Below, in pieces: positions 36,360 to 47,600 of a stretch of 64,000 bases of DNA (positions are counted from its first letter, which is position 1; each line of letters opens with the position of its first letter). The stretch is from contig NC_135658.1 in NCBI RefSeq assembly GCF_964188315.1, positions 25,544,001 to 25,608,000 of the forward strand, written 5' to 3'. The notes under the pieces were generated by a model. That model made no database searches and was not told the origin of the DNA. It saw only the letters and a program-made list of their open reading frames with translations. A program made the position numbers and the translations under genes. This DNA is from Podarcis muralis (Eukaryota).

Positions 36360-37400
36360 AGTTTTATGCGAAAGCCACAAACATGACCATATTAAGCTGC
36401 TCTTCCAGAGTTAAAATCGGGATTTCTCTGAAGCTAGCAACCCAAGTACCTAAAGGAGCAATTCCCTGAATATCAGCCATCACTGGCCCTACATTCTTCT
36501 TGGAGTCAACTTTGGGTTCTCCCCAGTTAGCGTTGTCCCAAAAAGGCCTTTTCAGTGGCTGTTTCCTATCCATGAGTGATGACAGACACTGGTTTAGAAT
36601 TGAGACAGTTGCTTTGGATTTAGGTGGGAAAGAGAAATAGTACTGGATGTCATCAGCATCCAAACCCAGAAACTCTGGACAACTCTCCCAGTAAAGGTAC
36701 CCCTGCCCATACGGGCCAGTCTTGACAGACTCTAGGGTTGTGTGCTCATCTCACTCTAGAGGCCAGGAGCCGCCGCCGTCCGCAGACACTTCCGGGTCAC
36801 ATGGCCAGTGTGACATCGCTGCTCTGGCGAGCCGGCACCAGAGCAGCACACGGAACGCCGTTTACCTTCCCGCTATAAAGTGGTACCTATTTATCTACTT
36901 GCACTTAAGGGTGCTTTCAAACTGCTAGGTGGGCAGGAGCAGGGACCGAAAGACAGGAGCTCACCCCACCGCGGGGATTCGAACCGCCGACCATACGATC
37001 GGCAAGTCCTAGGCACTGTGGTTTAACCCACAGCGCCACCCGCGTCCCAGTGGTTTCATGTAAATGTTCATTAGCACAGGAGACAGAACAGAATCCCAAG
37101 GGACCCCGCAGGCCAATTACCCAAGTGTCAAGCAGGAGTCGTTCCCCACCTCCAGCACCACTTTCTGGGTTCATCCTTCCAGGAAGGATCAGACCCACTC
37201 TGTAAAACAGTGCCTCCAAGTCCTGTCTTAGCAAGATGGCCCAGAAGGATACTATGGTTGATTGCATCAAAAGCCACAGAGATGTCCAACAGCACCAACA
37301 AGGACACACAATCCAAATCCTGGCGTAAGTCATCCACCAAGGCAAACCAAAGCCATCTTTGTTCCACAACCAGGCCTGAGGGCAGCTTGAAATGGATCTA
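36360..37400 (-). mobile_element. L2 LINE reverse-transcriptase fragment, interrupted by a Sauria SINE
   Basis: ALVDDLRQDLDCVSLLVLLDISVAFDAINHSILL (37128..37367) and DADDIQYYFSFPP...LNQCLSSLMD (36364..36663) are degraded RT motifs, the latter a YADD-box remnant. Confidence 0.85.
36691..37048 (-). mobile_element. Sauria SINE, full length
   Basis: Reverse complement begins GGGACGCGGGTGGCGCTGTGGGTTAAACC, with B box and ACCTTTAC tail. Confidence 0.92.
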
Positions 37401-37403
37401 GAT

Positions 37404-37541
37404 CAGGCATAGGCGAACTCGGCCCTCCAGATGTTTTTTGAGACTACAATTCCCATCATCCCTGACCATTGGTCCTGTTAGCTAGGGATGATGGGAGTTG
37501 TAGTCCCAAAACATCTGGAGGGCCGAGTTTGCCTATGCCTG
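37404..37541. mobile_element. 138-bp palindromic hAT-Charlie-type MITE
   Basis: Near-perfect hairpin with arms of about 58 bp. Exact 8-bp TSD ATCTAGAT. Confidence 0.92.
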
Positions 37542-38328
37542 ATCTAGATAATACATCTCCTCCAGAAACCCCTGGAGCTGAGATGCCTGCTTAAAGGTGC
37601 ATAATGCACTTCTTCAGCAAAAACATGTCTCAAAAAGTAGAAGCTGTAAAACAATTTCAAAGCATGGAAAATAAGCTCATGTAAGAGCTGCCCAGTTTGA
37701 AGAGGCCTGAAATGCAAACCAACTTCTTAGACACCCACCCACAGGCTGGTCATGCTAGCCAGAAACACAATGGAATGTGTGTCTCAGAGCTGCAGGCTGC
37801 CCACACAATGTCCAGATCCAGATCTGAACTGGGCTGGGCTGTTACATAAATTCCCTATGGCAAGAAGCAGCAGCATGAAGAAGCAAGTTTGCTTCTGACC
37901 TTCTCAATTGCCGTGTCTGCCCTGCAGTTTTGTTTGCTGGTGAGGAAATGCACCCGGTTACATTCCACCACATGTTTAGGCAAATGGCTTTTGGTAGCTA
38001 CCAGAATCCAACTACTCACCACATCTAGAAAAGGATTTTTCTCATGTTTAAAGCAGCAGAGATTCTGGGGTTTCCCTCCTCCCCCTTTCTCTTTCCAGGT
38101 GTGGCTTGGCTCACTTGCATGAGCCACCTCAAGCTGTTTGCCTTGTAAATTAGGTTCCAGGGCCATGAAGTAGTAGAAAGGCTCAAAGAAAGGCTCTCAA
38201 AGAAATGAACAAGGTGAATGGGGGCACAGGTACAATGATGAAAATTTAGTTCGAAACAAAACAAATACACTGGTTATAATGAAAGAGACAAAAATTAGAG
38301 GAAAGGATGTCAAATGTTTTGACTAGAT

Positions 38329-38579
38329 AAGGGGTCATCAAACCTTTTCAGCAGGGGGCCAGGCCACTGTCCCTCAGACCTTGTGGGGGGCTGGACTATA
38401 TTTTGGGGGGGAAATATGAACAAATTCCTGTGCCCTACAAATAACCCAGAGATGCATTTTAAATGAAAGGGCACATTCTACTCATGTAAAAACATGCTGA
38501 TTCCCGGACCGTCTGCGGGCCGGATTTAGAAGGCGATTGGGCCAGATCTGGCCCCCGGGCCTTAGTTTGAGTACCCATG
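38329..38579. mobile_element. hAT (Charlie/Buster-type) MITE
   Basis: Exact 8-bp TSD GACTAGAT. Inverted relative of 11683-11935. Confidence 0.88.
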
Positions 38580-38880
38580 GACTAGATGAATCACAGAACA
38601 ATTTTGCCTACAGGCATAGCTTTTGCCCTAAAAAACCAGAAGCAGAGTGCCAAACAAAATAAGTTTATTTCCTGCCTTTCTTCCAGTATGGGGCTCAGTG
38701 TGACATACGTAACAGTCTTCCAAACACTCTCCCATCGTGGTACTGACCAAACACATGCATTTTTTAGTTTTGCTGCTTCCTTTGCTTTCGGGCTACATTC
38801 CAGTACTAGCGGTGCCTATATTTGGCTGGATTGTGAATACTTGTTTGCATTCAGAAGTGATGCACTTCCTATTGCAGAAA

Positions 38881-38934
38881 GTTGGGCTAGATGACCCTCT
38901 GTGTCCCTTCCAGCTCTACTATTCTATGATTCTA
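38881..38934 (+). mobile_element. CR1 LINE extreme 3' end
   Basis: GATGACCCTCTGTGTCCCTTCCAGCTCTACTATTCTATGATTCT. Confidence 0.75.
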
Positions 38935-39793
38935 AGTTGATGTCAAATTGACTGCTGTCCTTTGCTGCCACCTTGTGGCACTACTGGTTTTCAAGGCTCT
39001 TGTGTATCATAATTTGTTTCTTGGCTTCACTTGAGTTTAAGGTTTACAAAGTGAGAATTAATTTTGTGGCTTCTCTGTACAGAAGTTTTAATTCTCAAAG
39101 CTTATTCAATCTGTACAATGTGATTTACAGCGGAACCAGCACTCCCCCTATCCAATTCCTGGCATAAGTCATCCACCGGCAACCAAAGCCAAATAGATGC
39201 ACCTTGAGCACCAGTTTTGGCCCCTAGGCCTGAGGCTTGCTAGCCCTCATTTGAGGGAGTAGCTTCTTTAGTCTCTGTCTGTCTGTAAGGGAGCTCCCTG
39301 AAAGACACTGTGTGCCTCCATCTCTCTCAGCTTCTCCAGGGTTAGCTGCCTTGGCCTTAATGGAACAAGCTCATTGCAGCAAGCCCACACTTTTGCTGCA
39401 ATACTGCAAAACTTCAGGGGAATCCCACCCACTCATTGCCTTTCCACTTTTCTATCTTTGCATTGCTTCATGTCAAACATAATGTATTGGATTAATGTGG
39501 CGTGGAAAATGGCTTTTGGATAATGTGAAGCTATTGTGGCCTGTTGCTGGTTGTTTCATCTGCTGCATTCTGTTTGAAATTTATATTTGAAGTTTATATT
39601 TAAAATTGCGTTTGAAGTTTATATTTAAAATTGCCTTATGGTAATTGATTTTACAATACGGTGTTGACCTGTTTGGCATCATGTTGTTGTTGTTGTTATA
39701 TTATGATGGACAGGCTTATAAATTATAAATAAATGCAATAAATAAAACCACAATTTATTAAGATGCTAAGATCTTCCTTCTGGTTTCTTTCAG

Positions 39794-39917
39794 GCTTGAA
39801 TCGCCAACTCGGTCTCTCACCATGGATGCTCCACGAGGGATTAATATTAAAGCCGAAAGTGGGACTATTACGGCTCTTTCTCATCTGGATATCAAGTTGC
39901 AGAGCAGCGATAGCATG
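39794..39917 (+). CDS. SGCG: Gamma-sarcoglycan coding exon 6
   Basis: (R)[41 protein letters not shown]. 124 nt, CAG| acceptor, ATG|GTGAGA donor. Confidence 0.97.
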
Positions 39918-40754
39918 GTGAGATTTTAATTATTTCTTAATCTACCATCAACAAACGATCCATTTACAATTGGTATTCAGAGCGACAGCATTGACATTTC
40001 AGACATTGGGCTGTCTTCCTACCAGTTTCCTGCTGGTTTTAGTTTCAGCAAAATATGAGAACTATGCTGGCCCTAAGTAGTTGATTTTCACGAAGAGCCA
40101 ACTAATCCCTTGCAGTGCCTGTGACTCCATTTTATCTAAATGTATAGTCACGATATATTGATGGTGAAATTACCAGTCGACACATTCAGAACTATCTAAT
40201 ATTCCATTCAGCTGTTATCAAGTTCCCATTTTAAAATATGAACATTTTCATTTGTTTCATTTCCCGGCAATCATAGAGCATTTTGCACTCTGTTATCTTG
40301 CCCTCCATGAAGGAGCTTGCTGCTGTGGGAATAAAGTCCACTGACACAAAGCCCTATTGAAATTTGTCTTTTGCATTGAGGTCTCAGCCATGTTTCACGT
40401 CTGGGCTGTTTGTTAAGGTGCCAGCGACCACAAAAAAATTAAGTGTTTCCCCAACTTTGGGGAATCGCCAATCATAGATTCAAATGTTCTGTTTAAATTT
40501 GCAATGTGGCTGTAGTAGAAATTAGTTTTAAAAGGGAAGCTCTGATGTACATTTAATCACCACAATTGAGTCAACGTTTAATTTACTGGGCCCAGCACAT
40601 GTCAACAGTTCTGTGTAGGGCTGGCTCCAGTGAGTTCTCAGGTCCACAAAACTTGCACCGTAATAAATTAACCTTTAAGGTGCCACCACACTTTTTGTTC
40701 CTAAGTTACTGCTACACAAACAAATCCATTCGTGTCTGTCTTTCTTCCATGCAG

Positions 40755-40934
40755 CTTATGCTTAATGCTGGACTGCGGCTGCCCAAATTGCCTCAAGGAA
40801 CAAGCGGAGATTCTGAGATATCCTTTGGGCTCTATGAAGTCTGTGTTTGCACAGATGGAAAGTTGTACTTGGCAGTGGCTGATGTCGTTTCCACTTGCCT
40901 GTATTATAGTCAGGCTTGCGAGATGAGCAGCTAA
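40755..40934 (+). CDS. SGCG: Gamma-sarcoglycan last coding exon
   Basis: LMLNAGLRLPKLPQG...LYEVCVCTDGKLYLAVADVVSTCLYYSQACEMSS-stop, with the four-Cys C-terminal cluster. The seven exons sum to 900 nt (299 aa plus stop). Confidence 0.96.
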   Translation, partial: LMLNAGLRLPKLPQGTSGDSEISFGLYEVCVCTDGKLYLAVADVVSTCLYYSQACEMSS

Positions 40935-41172
40935 CACCCCACGCTGCGTGCTCCCAGCCTGCTGCTATTTTCAGGTGGGATTCAGTCACATACAGGCAAG
41001 CTCAGGTTTTGCAGTTAAAGTTGATCTGGTGCCCTTCCACACATACCCATTTCCCCAAAACTATCAGACTTCTTGTGACAAGGAAAGCAATGGGAAAATG
41101 CATTGGAAAATGTGAGATAACGCTTGCCGTAGCTTCGTATAATATCCCCGCAAACAAATCAGAATGAATGTC

Positions 41173-41178
41173 AATAAA
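41173..41178 (+). terminator. SGCG: Probable SGCG poly(A) signal
   Basis: First AATAAA after the stop codon, followed by a GT/T-rich tract. Confidence 0.6.
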
Positions 41179-42642
41179 CAGCTTGTCTGGACTACTTTCT
41201 TTGGCTGTTTTTAGTCAGGTTTTGTAGTAGCGTCTAGAGTCACTGATGCTACTACACAGCACAGAAATGCAACTTAACATTTACATTTAAAATCGAAATG
41301 CATCAAATGGAGTTGTATTCAGCATAGAACTAAGGAGAGCATTCCTCCAACCTTCCAGAGCAGATGTGGGACAGTGCAGGTCACACAGGAGAGAGTGACA
41401 AAGTCCCATTGGAATAGCATTAATGCAATGCAAATGTTTAGCTGAACACCACCCAAAATATATGGAACCAGGTATACCAAAAGTGCGCGGGGGTGCTCTA
41501 CAGCAGAAATAGAGAACCCCAGGCCCAGGAAACAAATACAGTGCGCCAGGCCTTTTGCTGCCCCCACTCCATGTTCTTGAGATCTTTTGCCTGGCTGAAA
41601 TGTGTCCTTGAACTGTGATCATGCCTTTTGCTTGTCCAGATGGAGGGATGTATGCATGGCTGAAATGTAATCTACTATACAAAGGCCTGGATGGAGAGGG
41701 GTGGGTGGGTGGGTGCAGAGACCACTGTCACATGCATAGTGGAATGTACTTCAGCTTGCTATGCAAAGGATGGGAGTCAGGCCCATTGTTCTGCACCATT
41801 TTGCCTCTGACCCCATCCACCACTGGCATGCAACCCCTGGAAGACTGCCCACAAAGCAATATGGCTCTCAGATTGAAAAAGGTTCTCTAACCCTGTTGTA
41901 AATGCAGAAAGGGAAAGGCAGATGAGCTGGGCAGTTCTTCCCTGCACAATTCCCCTTCTCTGTTACAGTACTCCATATGGTATGGCCATCTGAGGTCCCC
42001 TGCTCTGGCTTGCTTCATGGGCCACAAAGGAAGAGAAGGTTAGCCCTGAGTACTCTTTCTATCCATTAGTCCCCAAAAATACCTTCTACTCATCCTTGTG
42101 AGGCAGTGCTCTCCACAGCATATAAAATGAAACACAGTAGCAAATAGAGGTTAAAATTGATTTATCACAACACACATGGAATAGGCTTCTTTCATAATTC
42201 AGATTTTGCATCGACCCTGGATTTGTGAACTTTAGAGGTTAATAAACATGCATTTTTAATGTTGCTGGGTTTTTTATATTAAAAAAACACAAAGTAAATT
42301 TATATGAACATCCTATGATGAAATTATTTGGAGGTTTTTTAAAAAAAAGATGTGGGCAGAAAAATATGAATATACTGGAATAGTTAGTTTCAGATCATGA
42401 TGGCATTAGAATGAAATAGCCTCTGCATGAGAAAGTAAATCTGCAATGGTTCGCCAAAAGCAATTGGGGTAGTAAATCAATGAATACACATTTTATCATC
42501 ACAAAAAGAGCAGCAGGGATGGGAAAGAGGGCATGGTTGATTCACCAAAGTGAGTTCTCCCCCTCTGCTAAAGGTCCTGGTGAAAGAAGTCTCATATAAA
42601 TATACATAAATAGTCAACACACCAATTTGAAGAATCTTCAAG

Positions 42643-44636
42643 TTTATTATTAAAATCATTTTATGGCACTTAACAACAGAAATAATCATACGGCTTTGCA
42701 ACCAGAAGGTTCAAAGCCTAGATTTTCTTGAGATATTTTCTACACTGAAAGCCCTTTTATTATTTACACATTTTCTTGAAGAGCTTCTGCCAACTATTTT
42801 GTCCTTCTGTATTGCAATAATTTTGGTTGTAATTTATCTAACCTCATCTTACCCCTATTTTATTTTACATTCTTTACATAAAATTATAGTTTCAGTGTAC
42901 TAATCAAGTAAATAATTGTGACAGTTAGGTAATAATGGAACATAAATACTATCCACAGCAGCTTTATTTTACATGTTGTCATGATTTTCTTTACAAATAC
43001 TGAATAATTTACATGGCATTATCAAAAGTATTACAATTTATAAAAGAAAAATTATGAACTAAAAATCAGACATCTCATGTGCCACAGTGTGAGACAAAAT
43101 CAAAAAGCGTAACATTGCAGCACCATTTAATATGTAATAAAAAATTATCCCACTGTATACCAAAATATTTTATGACATTATACTATTTCCAGGGATGGCT
43201 CATGAGAAAAATATATAAACAAAACAAAAAGCTGAAGTAAGACTACTTAAAAAAAAAGTTTTGGTGTGCACTTTCCGTTTCAAAAACCCTAAAGAAAATC
43301 AAGTATTTTACTAGGTAATGCACATGCAATTCTCATTCAACAAAAGATGTAACAATGTCAAAAACACATAAAGTAGGTTATAAGAAAATAATTCTTGCGT
43401 TTAAGTCATCAAACATTAAGGAATAAAATACTGTGCTGTGTCAAAGGTCCCTTAGCAACCTCTGATGTAATGTTTGATGTAAAACTGCAGCAAATCTATA
43501 AATCAGATCCTGCAGATCGTATTACTGTGAGTGAAATGAATGTCCATAGCAAACAAATGAATACAGAATGCTTCAAAGTGACTTTTCTCCAAACTTTTCA
43601 ATTCCTTAAAAGAGAGTAACATACTCAGTCTTATATTAGTACACTGAAAAATGACACCACCTCATACCATAAAACTGAATGGATGCAATCTGGGGATACA
43701 TACATATATATCTCTGCACATACAAACAGATTTTACTGACATAGTCCTAGGCTTTGGTTACATAAAGTGCAGTTCAGCCCTGTGAATTTTACCGTTGCAC
43801 TGTGTACATAACTATATTTTACAGCTCAGTCTCCCTGCAAATCTTTAAATACGTGTTCTACAGTTTTGCTAATAAGAAGCTGTTGCTTAAAACAAGATTA
43901 TGTAACATTTAAATCCTGTGTACCTTGGGCTGAACAAGATGTTCACTACCAGATCCAGGGATGTCATCAAACTGTTGCAAAGCAGCAGTGGGAAAGCACA
44001 GTTTACAATGGAGAAATGTCCGAGAGCAAGGAGCCAATTAATCCTGCTGCCTATCACTTTCCCTTTGCAACATGCCCTCATGTTCCCCAGTCAGGTCCCA
44101 GGCGCTCATTTGCTTTGTTACAGGAGAAAATGGGAGGTCACGAGAAACAAGTATTGGGCCAAGGAAGGATTAAAAACTCCTCTCCCATCAAACACTTTTC
44201 TACTGTAAATCATGACCTTCCCCAGCTGCTTTTGTAGCAAAGCATGTTCAGTGATAGTTGAGTTTCCCAAATCCAGGTTTGCCATGGAACATCTAATTTG
44301 GCCCTCATTGCCACAGAAATATATGCATTTTATTTATAAGCTGCTAGGAACTGCATAGCTTCCAAAGTACAGTAACTGCATAAGTCACATTTTATTCCAT
44401 CACATTAGTATATAGCTTTTGCTAGCAAAAGTGAATTCAGATCTTACCGCATCTGTGACCGTGATTTCCTCCCCCCACCCCCACTGCGTAAGAGGATGAC
44501 TCCCACCCCTGTCACACAAAGCTGTATGGTTGGCTGCATGACACATCAAACAGTAGCATGCCACCAAAAAACAAGAGCTTGGAGAAAACTGGCTGGAAAC
44601 ATGGCATGTCTATATGAAACCACCATGTCTTTAACC
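42643..44636 (-). other. SACS: Probable SACS 3' UTR with candidate poly(A) signals at 44391, 44329, 42963, 42756 and 42643
   Basis: AT-rich region with no recognised repeats after the stop codon. TTTATT on + is AATAAA on -. The true end cannot be determined from sequence alone. Confidence 0.55.
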
Positions 44637-47600
44637 TCATACCTTTTGCTGTATAAAATTTTCAAGTTTTATTATAATACATGCTGTACACTCCATCACT
44701 CTCATAGCAACTTCAGAAGTGAACCTGTCATTTGGAATCTGCGGAAAAGGAAGGAGGTCTGGATAGCGAGTTTTTAAGCTATCGACTCCATATGCTTCCA
44801 GTGTGTGAACATCGTTTGTAAGGCCTTCAAGCTGTTGGCTATATTCCTCGATCTTTTGTGCCAGTGCAGTGGGTTTCACATCTTTATCAGACTTGCCCCT
44901 TACGGCATAATCAGCAGCAATCAAAGCAAGCTTGGTAGACAGGTAACATTTAAAGCAAACCCATTCGTTGGCATTTTTATGAAGGTCATTTCTTGCTGCT
45001 GAAAAGTTTGCTCTAGCTTGCCGTAACCACCTACGAGCCTCAACAGGATTTCCAACTGACTTGAATGTAGGTGGCATAAAAAACCGCTGGGAATATGAAG
45101 GACCTGTAGAAGATGGACATTTTTCTTTAGACTGTTGTCTTTCAGATTTGTGACTCGTTGCTTCCTGGTTCCATGAAGTATAAAACCTTTGAAATGAAAA
45201 TTTGTCTGATTGAAATCGAGAAGCTGATGATGAAAATGTTCTTCTGGATGCCCTATCTGCGTTTTGGTCAATAAAAGCCTGCTTTTCTAATCTGTTGATC
45301 TCATTTTGTAAATGCTTGAAAACTTCATTGGCAATATCAAGGTTCTCTGCATTTTTGTCTGGATGCCACTTAAGATACAGCCTTCTTATGATCTTTTTCC
45401 TTTCAGATTCTGGAAGCTTCCAAGCTTGTTCCATCACAGATGTAACTTCCCTCAAAATCTCTGATAAAGAATTTGCTTTAGCCTTTTTGGGAGAATGATG
45501 TTTAGATGAAGAGGAAGAGGAGGAGGAGGAGGATTTGTGACTCTCTCTTCCGGGAAAATGAGGAGGAATTGTTCTTGGCCCATGCGGTAGAAATTCTGTG
45601 GGACTTGTTGGAGTAGATGGTGCACTGCCCCTGCTCTGAGAACTTTCATCAGGCCTTGAGAACTTGTACAAATCAAGAGAGCTCACTATCTTGTACTCGC
45701 TGTATCCAATGTCAATCTGATAAATCTTGCCCAGGAAACTGGAATTTTCATCATCTTCCCTTTCTACTTCTTGCACAATGATAGCATATGTATAGGTGGG
45801 ATGGTACGACCCATAGATATCACCACCTTCAGCATCGACAAGATAGCCAACGTATTCACCAGGATAGAAAACATTCATTGGATCCATAAGAAGAGTATAG
45901 TGGATTTCAGTTGGTATAGGAGTGCCAGGCATAGGTAGTTCAAGCTTTGATGGTTCTGAAGAGTCATACTTCACACCTAAACTGTCAAGCTTCTCACTAA
46001 TTCTATAAATATCATTGCAACCCAACATAGCAATTAAATAGGATGTATCAGAAATCAGATTATCAGTTGCAGATTTCAGGGTCATTGCTAATGCTAGAAG
46101 GAAATTGATGTCTTTGCTATCTGAGTGCTGTATATAGAGCAATATTACTGCATTTCCATATCTCTTTAAAAAGGCGAATGTTTCACTTCTGCTGTGAGGA
46201 ATAGGAGCAAAACCTTTCACTCTCAGTGTTGTTTGCAACTTCTCAAAACAAGAAACTTTCAAGCCTTCTCTCAAGGTTTTGCAAAGTTTTATGGCTTTCT
46301 CTTCATTGGCTAAGAATGCGTTGTCATTTTCATGTTTCATAATTCTAATTAGTCCCGTGATGAACTGTTCAGAAGACAGCAGTAACTGGAGCCTGCCTTG
46401 GAGAGAACAAAGTGCTCCAAACTGACAAATTTTGGGTGACTCTTCATCCAACTGCTCCTCAAGGATGCTGCTGAGGAGACGGGGTCGCAGCTTCTGGGGA
46501 AACAGCATTATCAGTTTGGTGTGAAAACCATGGTCTTTTCCTAAGTAACACTGGCTAAGATCAACAAGCATTTGAACACCAATGTTTCCTTGTATTCTAC
46601 TTTTGTAATGTGGTGCATCATCAAAAACTAAGATGCTTGATTTCACCAATCTACCATCTTGGCTTGGAAGATAAAGAGCCAGATCTCGCACATTTTCAAG
46701 CTCATTTCTAACCTTAACAGAATCATTTTGAAGGCTTTTAAACAGGCCAGAGACAACTCGTTTAACAGTACGCATTTCGTTAGGATCAAGCTGTTTTCCT
46801 TCAGAGTTCTTGAATATGCGACTCAGAACCTCAACATACTGCTTTGTTGAAATAACATCTTCAGTGCCTAAGTGTTTAAATAGTTGGTGGAAGGTGCCAA
46901 GTTCTAATGGAAGTTTGTACAAGTAAGGTTTGAAGTCAGATTCATACTCAAGATTTATTACGACTTCCTCAGGCTTCAGAAGCTTCCAACCTTCTTCAAC
47001 CATTACAAAAGCAACCCCTCGAAGCTGAAACCGGAATTCTCTTTTGTCTGTACTAAGAAATTCATAGATGCTCCTTAGGACTTTAACCCTTGTTTTTACC
47101 ATATCTTCATCCAAAGTTGTTATATTACATATATTTCTGCAGTTATTTATAACTTTGTCTAGAGGTGGGTCCAAGTTCACATTAAGCATAGTCAAAACCT
47201 GCTCAAGTTGTTCCTGTGGACCAAGACTGCTTCCTTCTTGTTCTCTGATACTTAAAGGCGTAGCTTTTTCTGGAAGGATAGGACACGAAGTCCAAAGGAG
47301 CTGCAAAACGTCACTCTGTTTGAATTTTGGGTTTACTTGGGCTCCACTGAACTTTATAAGAGGGAGGGTTCCATTAACCTCTTGATACTGTGGATGGAAT
47401 CTTACAATTTCTGCCGGGGCACGTTCTGGACACAAGAATGCTATTAAAGACAATTCTTTAAGGAAGTTTCCAGATAGCAAATCAGTTCTTTCTTGAAATA
47501 TGTGATGGAGGAGGACATCCACTGTATTCTGCAGTGTATCCTTAGTCCAGTTTTCAGTGTTGGCTCTCATACTGATCTCTTTCGCAAACTGCAGTAACTG

